A stretch of 64,000 bases of DNA from an uncultured Pirellulaceae bacterium (GTDB lineage: Bacteria; Planctomycetota; Planctomycetia; Pirellulales; Pirellulaceae): positions 7,196 to 71,195 of the forward strand of contig CAYMWL010000021.1 of NCBI GenBank assembly GCA_964394305.1, given 5' to 3'. The notes beneath the pieces are model-generated. The model did no database searches, had not been told where the DNA came from, and saw only the letters and a list, made by a program, of their open reading frames with translations. Made by a program: the position numbers and the translations under genes. This document shows, one piece after another, positions 46,424-56,414 of this stretch (positions are counted from its first letter, which is position 1; each line of letters opens with the position of its first letter).

Positions 46424-47278
46424 TCACAAACCGATTGCATAAGGCTTAACGAGCGGCGCGAGAACTGCGTAGGCCTGGGCGGCCGCTACGGGAGCCATGT
46501 GACTGTGCCGGCTGAGCTCCACATGCACGCCGCCGCGATAATTCGCGGAGCCCAGGGCGGCAATGATCGGCGGAAACTCCATCTCTCCTTCGCCAAACAT
46601 CAGGTGTTCGTGCACGCCGGCCCGCATGTCTTCGACGTGCACGTTGACGATGTACGAACTCCAGCGGGTGATGTAATCGGCGATCGGCACTTCCCCTTGG
46701 CAGTAGAGATGCCCCAGGTCGAGCGTCAATTTCAACTGCGGCGAATCGACCCACTGCAACAACCGTTGAAAGCGGCTCATCGAATCGATGAACATGCCCG
46801 GCTCTGGCTCGAAGCCGATAGGCGTGCCGAGTTTCTCCGCCTCACGCAGCAAAGGTTGCAGGCCGTTGGCGAGGCGATCGAGCAAGGTTTGATCATCGGC
46901 AACCGACTCTGCATCAGGCGTTCCTGACCAGAGCGAGACGCAATCGCTTTCGAGTTCTGCGGCAGCTTGGAGCGAGCGCACTAAGAAATCGATTCGTCGT
47001 TCACGATCAACCTCCGCAACCGACAGCAGCGTGGGTTGATGCTTGCGACGCGGATCGAGCAGAAAGCGTGCACCGGTTTCAATGACCGATGAAAGTTGCA
47101 AGCGGCGAAGCGTGGAGCGCAAACGCTGCAAGTTGGCAGGCCAATCGGCGGCAAACGGATTCAGATCACCGTGATCGAGTGTAATCGCCACGCTGCGATA
47201 ACCGAGTTCGGCGATCAGTTCGAGCGCTGCAAACGGGTCGTGATGAGCCCAGCCATTCGTGTTGTAGCCGAGCCGCAT
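46424..47278 (-). CDS. Sugar phosphate isomerase/epimerase (TIM barrel), ebo-cluster type
   Basis: MRLGYNTNG; ITLDH; IETGARFLLDPRRKHQPTL; FEPEPGM; DLGH; HVEDM...HEHLMFGEGE; ELSRH. Confidence 0.88.
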   Translation of the reverse strand: MRLGYNTNGWAHHDPFAALELIAELGYRSVAITLDHGDLNPFAADWPANLQRLRSTLRRLQLSSVIETGARFLLDPRRKHQPTLLSVAEVDRERRIDFLVRSLQAAAELESDCVSLWSGTPDAESVADDQTLLDRLANGLQPLLREAEKLGTPIGFEPEPGMFIDSMSRFQRLLQWVDSPQLKLTLDLGHLYCQGEVPIADYITRWSSYIVNVHVEDMRAGVHEHLMFGEGEMEFPPIIAALGSANYRGGVHVELSRHSHMAPVAAAQAYAVLAPLVKPYAIGL

Positions 47279-47311
47279 GCCTGAATCCTGATTGCTTTCT
47301 GACAGAACAGA

Positions 47312-48337
47312 TTACGTAGAATAAACCCATTTGCCGAGGAGCACCGCGGGCCCGAGCAGCATGACGACGACAATCGCATAGACCGGAGGGCCGGCAGCCA
47401 GACAGACCGCGGCGTCAAGCATGATGATTGACAGGATCGCATGTTTCACAGCGCCTTGCACCAAGGCAGAAGAACCATCGAGGGCCGCGGCCACCGCGCG
47501 GCGGAGGATCGTGACCGTTAACAAGGCGAGCAATGCCGGATAAACCCAGTTGGGTCGAATTTGCAACTTCGTCAGCCATGCGGCCGAGCCCATTAGCATC
47601 ACGCCGCAGAGCATCACCATCACTCCCAGCAGCAACTTGAGTGTTTGGCTTTTTTCTTCGGCTTCGGACTTGGCGTAAACAGTAATGCCAACGACATAAA
47701 CCCCGATGCCTACCGCGATCAACCATTCAGCGTGAGTGTATCCCAGCCAGAAAAGGTCTTTGCCGACGTACGGACCAGCCAGACTCATTCCCAGCAACAC
47801 ATTCAGCAGCCGGCAGCAGCCCATGGCGAGGGGACCGACCAACGTTTTTTTCAGAATCGCGTCGTACGCCAAGACGGCAACCGCCAGCAGCGTGGCGATC
47901 ACGCCGCTCCGCCAAGGATGGGCGACGGGCAGGATCGGATCGTTTTGATAGAGATATCCGGCCAGCCAACCAAACCCAACTCCTAGCAACAACATGACAA
48001 ATCCCAAGGCCCGAGCCTGAGCAATGGCAATCTGGCCGGACGGGAGCGGGCGGAAGGGGCGTTCCTTTTTATCCACCTCCAGGTCAAACACGTCGTTCAG
48101 CACCATGCCCGCGGTATAGAGCAGCGCAGACGCCAGAACCAGGCAGGCGAGGGCTCCACCAGGGCTGAAGGAATGACGCGTAAAGACATACCCCATCAGC
48201 ACATCGGATACAGCCGTAAACACGTTGGGCAGCCGCATTAACCGCAGTAGCGGCAGGAGCGGCCCCAGGGGAGAACGCCGCGGCCGCTGAAAGTCGGCCG
48301 TTTCCAAGGGGGTGCCAGTTTCGGCAGGGTTATTCAC
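47312..48337 (-). CDS. UbiA family prenyltransferase (EboC-like)
   Basis: LMRLPNVFTAVSD; GMVLNDVFDLEVDKKERPFRPLPSG; YD...K; MGCCRLLNVLLG; multiple TM segments. Confidence 0.88.
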   Translation of the reverse strand: MNNPAETGTPLETADFQRPRRSPLGPLLPLLRLMRLPNVFTAVSDVLMGYVFTRHSFSPGGALACLVLASALLYTAGMVLNDVFDLEVDKKERPFRPLPSGQIAIAQARALGFVMLLLGVGFGWLAGYLYQNDPILPVAHPWRSGVIATLLAVAVLAYDAILKKTLVGPLAMGCCRLLNVLLGMSLAGPYVGKDLFWLGYTHAEWLIAVGIGVYVVGITVYAKSEAEEKSQTLKLLLGVMVMLCGVMLMGSAAWLTKLQIRPNWVYPALLALLTVTILRRAVAAALDGSSALVQGAVKHAILSIIMLDAAVCLAAGPPVYAIVVVMLLGPAVLLGKWVYST

Positions 48338-48719
48338 AGCAAATTCGTTTCTTCAGGTTTGGTTCGCTTCCCCTGGGTGGAGCCCAGTCTGGCGCAAAGC
48401 AAAAGCGATGACAATCCGGGGAAAATGATTTGCCAGCCAGAAAATGCGGAGCTGACATTAGGTACTTTTGCAGCTTTCGCACGTTTAGGAAGTTGGAGTT
48501 TGAGGTAGCGGGACTGTAGAATTGGTATGAAAGCGGAAATTCTTTCCAGATCAAAGGTTAGAAACGCTTGCATTGTCAATTTCAGTCGGCGAGAATACCG
48601 ATGTTTTGCAGGTAGGTATTTGTGCGTAAACTGCTGGCGTGCCGATGGTTTGGGTGCGTCTGATCGAGTGATAGCTTGCATTCCTGCTGGTTGGGTCGGA
48701 CGGAACAGGAGAGTCAACC

Positions 48720-50738
48720 GTGAAGCTGCTGGAAAGTTTGAAGCGGTCTTGGCGTCAACAGACGGGCGAAGATGAAACGCCCTTGGATGGCGATTCGCCG
48801 TCGTTTCTCATCAGCTTCGTAGTGCACTTGATCCTGCTGGTGATCATGGGCCTGGTCGTTGTGGTACCTCCCGACGGCCAAATCACGCTCACCATCACAC
48901 AAGTGACCGAAGAAGAGCAAAAAGAAGAAGTCGAAATTAAGATTCCTGAAGAATTCTTCTTCAGCGAACAACAAACGCCCGAAGTCGGCGCCAACAGCTT
49001 CGATGGCGTCGCAGTAGCCATGTCACTGGCTCCCGTGGTCTCGGATGTATCGGAGGTTCCGAATCAAGAAACGTTCGTCGAAGAGACCGAAGTCGGCGTC
49101 CAAGTGAACGAAGCCATCGCCGTGGCGACCGGTTTGAATTATAGCGCCAATCAGGTCGTTCGCGGCGCTGCTGGCGAGGGGACAACGGGTGCCGAAGGTG
49201 CCATTGATCGCATCACCCACGAAATTCTGTTGTCGCTCGAAGAACGAAAGACTCTCGTGGTCTGGTTGTTCGACTCCACTGCCAGCCTGGTCCCACAACG
49301 CAAGTCCATTCATGATCGCTTCGATCGCATTTACAAAGAGCTGGGGATCATTGAAGCCAGCGGCAACGAGAAATTTACGAAGCACAGCGATTCGCCATTG
49401 CTGACTTCCATCATCTCGTTCGGCGCGGGTGTGGAATTGCTGACGAAAGAACCAACCGACAATTTGGCCGAACTGAAGCAAGCCATCGCGGGCATTAAGA
49501 ACGACGAATCGGGCACCGAGAACGTCTTTTTGGCTGTTCACGACGCTGCGAAGAAGTTTGCGCCCTTCCGCTATACCACGGAAGAGAAGCCCACTCCTGA
49601 ACGAAATGTGATGATCATTGCCATCACCGACGAAGTGGGTTCCGATTGGAAAAACGGCTTGGAACCGACCATTCGCATGTGCCGCCGTTGGCAAATGCCG
49701 GTGTACGTGATTGGTGTGCCAGCTCCATTCGGCCGCCAAGAAACGCAGATGAAGTGGGTCGATCCCGATCCGAAGTACGACCAAACCGCACAATGGGGCG
49801 TGGTCGATCAGGGGCCGGAAACGCTCTATCCAGAGCGGATCAAACTAGCCTTCTCAGGGAACAAGCTCGACGACGATCCGATTGATTCGGGCTTCGGTCC
49901 TTACGGCCTCACTCGCTTGTCGGTAGAAACCGGCGGCATTTATTTCGCCGTGCACCCGAATCGCAATGTCACGAAGTCGGTGAATCGCGCCGACACCGCA
50001 GCTTACTCTTCGCACATCAAGCACTTCTTCGATCCCTCGGTGATGCGGAAGTACAAACCCGAATACGTTTCGGTGCAGGAATACGACAAGCGGGTCAGCT
50101 CGAACATGGCTCGCCGCAAGCTGATCGAAGCGGCTCTGATTCCTGAAATGCAACAAATGGAAAAGCCCGAGATGCGGTTCGTCAAGCGTGACGAAGGTTC
50201 ATTCTCGAATGCGTTGTCGGAGGCTCAGAAGGCCGCCGCCGTTCTCGAACCACGCGTGCGGGCCTTGGTCGAACTTCTCAAGCAGGGTGAGGCCGATCGT
50301 GAAAAGGAAACCGTTCTCCGCTGGCAAGCTGGCTACGACCTGGCCATGGGCCGCGCCCTCGCGGTGCAAGCCCGGACCGAGTCGTACAACGCGATGCTGG
50401 CCGCTGCCAAGCGTGGCTTGAAGCCCAAAGATCCTAAGAGCAACACGTGGACGCTCGAACCCGCTGATGAAATCAGCGTCGGTAGCGCTCTGCAAAAGAC
50501 GGCGGACCGCGCCAAGATGTACCTGGAACGCGTGATCAAGGATCACGAAGGGACACCCTGGGCAATGCTCGCCGCTGCCGAGCTGAAGGATCCAATCGGC
50601 TGGAAGTGGAAGGAGTCGTACACCGACCTGAACCCCATGCGTGAAGGCGCCGGCAACGGCAATGCACCAGCGCCAGCCAACGATCAGCGCATGATGTTGC
50701 AAAAGGGACCACCGAAGCGGCCTGCTCCTAAGCTGTAA
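48720..50738 (+). CDS. Membrane-anchored vWA domain protein
   Basis: N-terminal TM, acidic linker, MIDAS-like VWLFDSTAS, ITDE.G, YGLTRL..ETGG. GTG start after GGAG. Confidence 0.8.
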   Translation: MKLLESLKRSWRQQTGEDETPLDGDSPSFLISFVVHLILLVIMGLVVVVPPDGQITLTITQVTEEEQKEEVEIKIPEEFFFSEQQTPEVGANSFDGVAVAMSLAPVVSDVSEVPNQETFVEETEVGVQVNEAIAVATGLNYSANQVVRGAAGEGTTGAEGAIDRITHEILLSLEERKTLVVWLFDSTASLVPQRKSIHDRFDRIYKELGIIEASGNEKFTKHSDSPLLTSIISFGAGVELLTKEPTDNLAELKQAIAGIKNDESGTENVFLAVHDAAKKFAPFRYTTEEKPTPERNVMIIAITDEVGSDWKNGLEPTIRMCRRWQMPVYVIGVPAPFGRQETQMKWVDPDPKYDQTAQWGVVDQGPETLYPERIKLAFSGNKLDDDPIDSGFGPYGLTRLSVETGGIYFAVHPNRNVTKSVNRADTAAYSSHIKHFFDPSVMRKYKPEYVSVQEYDKRVSSNMARRKLIEAALIPEMQQMEKPEMRFVKRDEGSFSNALSEAQKAAAVLEPRVRALVELLKQGEADREKETVLRWQAGYDLAMGRALAVQARTESYNAMLAAAKRGLKPKDPKSNTWTLEPADEISVGSALQKTADRAKMYLERVIKDHEGTPWAMLAAAELKDPIGWKWKESYTDLNPMREGAGNGNAPAPANDQRMMLQKGPPKRPAPKL

Positions 50739-50760
50739 CGCGGCCGGTGGTTGATTGATC

Positions 50761-50800
50761 AAAAAGGGCCGTCACCTTCTGGGGTGGCGGCCCTTTTTTT
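50761..50800. terminator. Bidirectional intrinsic terminator
   Basis: AAAAAGGGCCGTCACC-TTCTG-GGGTGGCGGCCC-TTTTTTT between convergent genes. Confidence 0.88.
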
Positions 50801-50819
50801 ATTGATCACGCTGCGGTGG

Positions 50820-51713
50820 TTATTTCCGTTCTTCCCACTCTTCAATCGTGCGCGGCCAATCATCTTTCAGGAGCCGCGACAACGAGCGATCGGCGAGCAG
50901 CTTGCCGGCGGTTTGGCAGCGCGGGCAATAGTTACATTCATTCTCCGCATACACGATGCGCTGCACGCGGCCGCCACATACCGGGCATGGTTCGCCAAAC
51001 TTGCCGTGCACGGCCATTTCGGGGCGAAAGGCCGTCACCTTCTCGGGGAACCGCGCGGCTGCTTCTGCGCACAAGCGATCTCGCCAAAGCGTGAGGATCT
51101 GCTGCGTGCAGCGATAGAGTCGTTCTAACTCTTCCTCGTTTAACCGCGACGTCCACTGCAACGGCGACAAGCCTGCGGCGTGCAAGATTTCATCGCTGTA
51201 CGCGTTGCCGATCCCCGCGAATAATCTTGGGTCCACCAAGGCGCGCTTCAGCGTATGATTCTCGCGTTGCGTGGCTTCTTGGAATTCCGCCAGCGAACAG
51301 GTCAGGGGTTCGAGCCCGCCGCGATTTTGCGCCTGCACCGCGGACAGCGCCGAAAACAGATGCATGGATGCTCGTTTTTTGGGGCTGGCTTCGGTTAGCA
51401 AAAGGGTCCCGTTGTCAAAATGAAGAGCGGCGAGATCGTTTTTGCCTTTCGCTGTTGCGCCTACTTTCTTCCAATGAAATCGTCCGGCGATCATCAGGTG
51501 AAAGACCAAAAAACGATCCTCTGAAAATTGCCAAACAATCCGTTTCTCTTGCCGCCAAATGTGCTCAGTGCGTTGGCCGATTAATGATTCCAGCGGCGGG
51601 TCAAACGTCCGCAACACGAAGGGGCTGCGCACGACGACTTGCTCCAAGCGCTGTCCGCCAGTCAGCCGCCGCAGCGCGAGCAGATAGCACTCCAGATCAG
51701 GCAACTCGGGCAT
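50820..51713 (-). CDS. Fpg/Nei family DNA glycosylase
   Basis: N-terminal PELPD; H2TH GIGNAYSDEIL; zinc finger CPVC...CPRCQ. HLMIAGR suggests a paralog rather than canonical MutM. Confidence 0.9.
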   Translation of the reverse strand: MPELPDLECYLLALRRLTGGQRLEQVVVRSPFVLRTFDPPLESLIGQRTEHIWRQEKRIVWQFSEDRFLVFHLMIAGRFHWKKVGATAKGKNDLAALHFDNGTLLLTEASPKKRASMHLFSALSAVQAQNRGGLEPLTCSLAEFQEATQRENHTLKRALVDPRLFAGIGNAYSDEILHAAGLSPLQWTSRLNEEELERLYRCTQQILTLWRDRLCAEAAARFPEKVTAFRPEMAVHGKFGEPCPVCGGRVQRIVYAENECNYCPRCQTAGKLLADRSLSRLLKDDWPRTIEEWEERK

Positions 51714-51748
51714 CGGCAGAAAGTGTCCGCAGAAATTCGGGCGACAAC

Positions 51749-54640
51749 TTATTCCGTTGGCGGGACTGGCTCGGCAGCCTCCGACTTTGGCGAGGTAGTT
51801 GTCGCACTGGGATTTACCGGCATCGGAGCCCCCGGCGGTGTGACAACTTCGGGGACTGCTTCTGGATCGGGCTTCAGCAATTTGGCCGACGGCTCGGTGG
51901 GACGTGGGATGTCATCCAGGCGAGCGCCTGCGGAGTGAGGAGAAGTTTCTGACAATTGATAGTGCTCGGGGAGTTGTGAATGGGGCGGCAAATCCGCTGC
52001 CGGCGGCGATTGCCAGATCACGCCGAAATCGGCCGAGCGTTCGGCAGATGCCCAACGGCTGCGATTGTCGAGATTGAAATCAACCATCCCTTCGCCAGCC
52101 GCGACAGATCGGGCGCGAACGAACAGCATCTCTTCGCGCGGATAACAATTGTCAGTGCCGCTGAAGCTGAAGCGAATTTCGTCAAGGTTCGGCATGCCCG
52201 CGAACTCGAACAGCGGAGATTCGCTGCCGACGGTGAAGATGCTGCGATCGCTGGTCACTTCCAAATCGAGTTGATGGGCAGCGTCACTGCGCCGCTTCAT
52301 TTGAAACACACCCTGCTGTGCGGCAACCGTAACGCGATTGAGCGCGAGTTCCAAGCGGCCATGCCACCGCGGCTTGGCGATGGTGCCACCGGTTTCAATC
52401 AGCCGCTTTGAAGAAATGAACAGCCCTTGATCCCATTCCAGACGGACGGGCAACTCTTCGGGGACGGAAAGGAACGTCGCTTCACCACGGACAAAGCAAT
52501 CGGAAAGATAGATCGACGTGGCCGCAATCATTGCCATGTCGTCTTCCATTTTCATCATTTCGGTCAGCCGCCGCGTTTGCAGTTGCACCACGCTTACTTG
52601 ATCGTGTACCGCGGCGCCGTTGCTCCCTTGATCAACGACGGTGACCACGCAGCGAGAAATATCGAGCGACTGCCCCTGATGCACGGCGAACATCGTCCAG
52701 CCGAACGATGGTTCGGCGGGGAGTTCCAGCCGCACATCCAAATCTTGCAGCGATAACCGCGAGCTACTGCCGAGCAAGCGAATCATCTGCCGTTGATCGA
52801 CCACCGTCGACAGTTCAGGTTGAAACACAATGCGGGGTTTGCGGCCTGGCGCGGCATGCACCAACATGCGGCCGGCAGGGATTTCGAACGGATGCTCGAC
52901 ACTATCGCCGTTGAAATCGAGCTCGACTTCGGTGATCCCTTTTTCCGCCGCGCGGCGGATGGCTTGAGCCAGCGAGCCGACAACGTCTGTCTCGGCACTC
53001 ATGATGCCGCCCGGGCGGACAATCACTTTTGGCACCGGCGGCTTGGGCGGGACGTCAGCAACTTCGGTCGGCAGTGTCGGACTCGGCGTCACTCGGTTAG
53101 CTACCGTATCCGGCGGCGGTCCCACTTGCGGCGGATTTTCGAGCAACGCTGCGACACCAGGCTGATCAATCATCGGCACACGATTTCCGCTGCCTGAATT
53201 CGTCGGCTCGTTGCCATTTGCTCTGGGCGGCACGACCGTGTTGGAATTGCCGTTCTCGCTGCTATTGCCTGGTGCAACTGGATCTTCCTCAGGCACCTCA
53301 ACTTTCGGAACTTCGGTCGCTGGGATGGAAGGTGAAGTCGCCATCGCAGGCTGCAATTGCCAATGCGTCTCATGGGCCGGCGGCCGCGTGGCATATTCCA
53401 GCACTGCCAAAGCAAAACCCAGCACGACAACAGGTGCGATGATGGTCGCAGCCCAATTCATCCACACCGGACGAGGCGCCCCATGCGCATGGGAAAGCTC
53501 TACGGCAGCGTTGCCGATGTCGTAACCCAGGTCACGGGCAATGCGTTCAATTTCGTTGACCAATTCTTCGGCCGACTGCTGCCGCTGCACGGGCCGCTTG
53601 GCAAGCATCTTGCCGAGTAACGGACCGATTGCCGGCGGCAACTCGGGGCGGAACAAGCGGACGTCGGGTGGATCCACGCCGTTGTGCCGCAGCAGTTTTT
53701 GCAGCGCGCTACCATCCGGAAATGGTGGCTTGCCGACCAGCATGAAATAGAGCGTGCAGCCGAGCGAGTAAATGTCGCTGCGCACATCCGCGGCACGTGG
53801 ATCACGCGCCTGCTCCGGCGAAATGTAATCGAAGGTACCGAGTGTCACACCGCTGGCCGTCAAATCGTCGAACGACGAATCGACCTGGTGCAAACGGGCC
53901 AGGCCCATGTCGACGACCTTCACCTGGCCAGCCGGAGTAATGAGCACGTTCGAAGGCTTGATATCACGATGAACCACATCGCGGGCAGATGCATGCGCCA
54001 GCGCTTCGGCTACTTCCATCGTGTAGCGGAGCGCTTCATCAATGGGCAGCGGACCTTTTTGCTGCACCAGTTCGCGGAGGTTGATCCCTTCGATGAATTC
54101 GAAAACGATGAAGTTCAGGCCGGCATCTTCGCCCACATAATGGACGCGGGCGATGTAGCGATGATCGAGCCGGGCGGCGCTTTGGGCTTCGTTGCGAAAG
54201 CGGCGGACATTTTCTTCCGACGATTGATCGCGCGACAGCACCTTCACGGCGACTGTTCGTCCGAGCCGCGTGTCATTGGCGCGAAACACAGCGCCCATAC
54301 CGCCGCCACCGACGAACTCGACGAGGTTATAGTGCTCCAGCCGTTGACCGACGAGCGTTTCGCCCAGATGATGGGCCGCATGTTTTCCGCCAAAAGGGAC
54401 GGGGAGTTCCACGTGCGGCGCACTCGACTTTGCCGCGGAGATCACGGTCTTCTCGTCGGGCAAAACATCCCCCGGCATGATCCCTTCCCCGGGACTGGAG
54501 GGGATCACCACCACGCGCGAATCGGTCGGCCGTTTTTTGCGCGTGCGGGTACCGCTGCCATCACTGCTGGGATGGTCGCCGTCGGGAAGTTGATTCCCCG
54601 GCAATTCCGCCGTCCCCGATTCAGGTGGTTGGCTGGCCAT
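51749..54640 (-). CDS. Hanks-type Ser/Thr protein kinase with TM and large extracytoplasmic domain
   Basis: VGGGGMGAVF; VAVKVL; HRDIKPSN; DMGLAR; GTFDYISPEQ; DIYSLG; TM around aa 395-415; Pro-rich linker. Confidence 0.92.
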   Translation of the reverse strand: MASQPPESGTAELPGNQLPDGDHPSSDGSGTRTRKKRPTDSRVVVIPSSPGEGIMPGDVLPDEKTVISAAKSSAPHVELPVPFGGKHAAHHLGETLVGQRLEHYNLVEFVGGGGMGAVFRANDTRLGRTVAVKVLSRDQSSEENVRRFRNEAQSAARLDHRYIARVHYVGEDAGLNFIVFEFIEGINLRELVQQKGPLPIDEALRYTMEVAEALAHASARDVVHRDIKPSNVLITPAGQVKVVDMGLARLHQVDSSFDDLTASGVTLGTFDYISPEQARDPRAADVRSDIYSLGCTLYFMLVGKPPFPDGSALQKLLRHNGVDPPDVRLFRPELPPAIGPLLGKMLAKRPVQRQQSAEELVNEIERIARDLGYDIGNAAVELSHAHGAPRPVWMNWAATIIAPVVVLGFALAVLEYATRPPAHETHWQLQPAMATSPSIPATEVPKVEVPEEDPVAPGNSSENGNSNTVVPPRANGNEPTNSGSGNRVPMIDQPGVAALLENPPQVGPPPDTVANRVTPSPTLPTEVADVPPKPPVPKVIVRPGGIMSAETDVVGSLAQAIRRAAEKGITEVELDFNGDSVEHPFEIPAGRMLVHAAPGRKPRIVFQPELSTVVDQRQMIRLLGSSSRLSLQDLDVRLELPAEPSFGWTMFAVHQGQSLDISRCVVTVVDQGSNGAAVHDQVSVVQLQTRRLTEMMKMEDDMAMIAATSIYLSDCFVRGEATFLSVPEELPVRLEWDQGLFISSKRLIETGGTIAKPRWHGRLELALNRVTVAAQQGVFQMKRRSDAAHQLDLEVTSDRSIFTVGSESPLFEFAGMPNLDEIRFSFSGTDNCYPREEMLFVRARSVAAGEGMVDFNLDNRSRWASAERSADFGVIWQSPPAADLPPHSQLPEHYQLSETSPHSAGARLDDIPRPTEPSAKLLKPDPEAVPEVVTPPGAPMPVNPSATTTSPKSEAAEPVPPTE

Positions 54641-55102
54641 CCAATTCTCTCCACAGGTCTGACAAGTGGCATCCTGCCACTCTCACACGCGCAGCACACT
54701 AAAAGTGCCCTGATGCACGCGCCAGGAGCATATGCCCTAGCAAAGCGAATCGCTAACTGAATAGAAGCAAAGAAAAGACTGCTGTGATTATAGTTGCCGC
54801 TGCTGGGCAGGGTCAATAAATTGTGCACTTCGGCAGGCGACAATCTCCGCTGTTAAATGGCAGAAACTTCTCCGCACACGCCACTGAATGGCCTTCACTG
54901 CTACTTGCGTTACTCTTTGCCAAAAAGAAGCTGCGTTCCAGCTAAAACCCCCATAAAGAACTGCGCAAAGTGGTGTTTTGCGAAGCTTGCGAAGAACAGG
55001 TTGTTTCGGGTCACTTTGCCGTTTGTAGCAATCGAATTCGATTTGCGGCCTATAGCGGTCGAAATGATTATCGGGCAACCAGTTTTACGGGGGAGATTTC
55101 AC

Positions 55103-56200
55103 ATGCGTATCACGAATCTTTGGATCTTGGCGGCCGCGTGTGCCGCAGTCTTAATGTCCGGGGAATGGTCGATGGCTCAGATGGGCGCTGCGCCACCGAT
55201 GGCACCGATGTCACCCATGGCAGGTGCTGCCACTTACGGCTGCTCCGACGGCATGTGCGGCATGGGCTGCGACAGCTGCGACGACTGCGGCTGGTCGAAC
55301 CGCTGGAACGTCTTCGGCGAGTTCCTCTACTTGCGTCCTCGCGATGCAGAAACCGCTTACGCTACGATCCTCAATGGTCCAATCGTCGCCGGTGCTCCTG
55401 GCGTGCAAGTCGGTCGCACGGGCGTGCTCGATTACGACTATCAACCTGGCTTCCGCGTGGGGGCGGGGTTTACGTTGGATAATTGCAACCAGATCCAAGT
55501 CAGTTACTCGCAACTCGACGCCACGTCGAACGATACGATCGGCACGGCAGCTCCGTTCGTGCTGCGTTCTCTAGTCGATCATCCCAATGCACTGAACGCC
55601 GGCGCCAACTGGCTCGACGCAACTGCCACAGGCGACGTTCGCTTTCAACTGCTCGATGCAGCTTACCGCGGTTTGCTGGCCAGTTGCAGTGATTACGAAG
55701 TAGGTTATTTGGTCGGCGTGCGTTCGACCCGCTTCGAACAATACTTCCAAGCCACCTACACCAACGTGGGTTCGGAAACCGTGACTTCGTCGGTCGACTT
55801 CGATGGTGTGGGTATGCGGTTTGGTATGGACTTCGAACGTTATGGCCGCAACCGTCAATGGTTCGTTTATGGAAAAGGCTACGCCAGCTTGATCGGTGGT
55901 CGGTTTGAAACCGACTACCTGCAAGTCGACCAGGCTAACGCGGTGATTGCCTCGACCCAATGGGAAGCTGGCCGTGTCGTCACGATGATGGACCTCGAAG
56001 CTGGCATCGGCTGGCAGAACTGCGGTGGCAACCTCCGCTTGTCGCTGGGTTACCTCTACAGTGGCTGGTTCAACACGATCCGCAACAACGAATGGATCTC
56101 GGCCGTGCAGAACAACAACTTCGTTGCCAACGGCATGAGCACGTACGACTCGGGCATCACCTTCGACGGTTTGACCGCCCGCGTCGAACTGCTGTGGTAA
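55103..56200 (+). CDS. Outer-membrane beta-barrel protein (Lpg1974/BBP7-like)
   Basis: Signal peptide; Cys-rich spacer; FGEFLYLRPR; PGFRVGAG; alternating amphipathic strands; FDGLTARVELLW end. ATG at 55103 follows GGGGAG. Confidence 0.82.
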   Translation: MRITNLWILAAACAAVLMSGEWSMAQMGAAPPMAPMSPMAGAATYGCSDGMCGMGCDSCDDCGWSNRWNVFGEFLYLRPRDAETAYATILNGPIVAGAPGVQVGRTGVLDYDYQPGFRVGAGFTLDNCNQIQVSYSQLDATSNDTIGTAAPFVLRSLVDHPNALNAGANWLDATATGDVRFQLLDAAYRGLLASCSDYEVGYLVGVRSTRFEQYFQATYTNVGSETVTSSVDFDGVGMRFGMDFERYGRNRQWFVYGKGYASLIGGRFETDYLQVDQANAVIASTQWEAGRVVTMMDLEAGIGWQNCGGNLRLSLGYLYSGWFNTIRNNEWISAVQNNNFVANGMSTYDSGITFDGLTARVELLW

Positions 56201-56226
56201 TAGCAAACGACTCTCGCTCAAACTGA

Positions 56227-56271
56227 AAGCCTAAGCCGGTTGCGTTCAAACGTAACCGGTTTTTGGCTTTT
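56227..56271 (+). terminator. Intrinsic terminator after the beta-barrel gene
   Basis: GCCGGTTGCGTT-CAA-ACGTAACCGGT followed by TTTT, with outer AAGCC/GGCTT pairing. Confidence 0.8.
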
Positions 56272-56414
56272 CTTGGACTACGCCCAGTCACAGCGGCGAA
56301 ATTTGCCTCCGCTTCTAAACCATTCGAGCCTCAAGTCGGATAACTCGCCTAACCGATACTTCTTACCTGAATGACCGTCCCTGCCAAGTTCTATTCAAAT
56401 AATGGTGTGACAGC

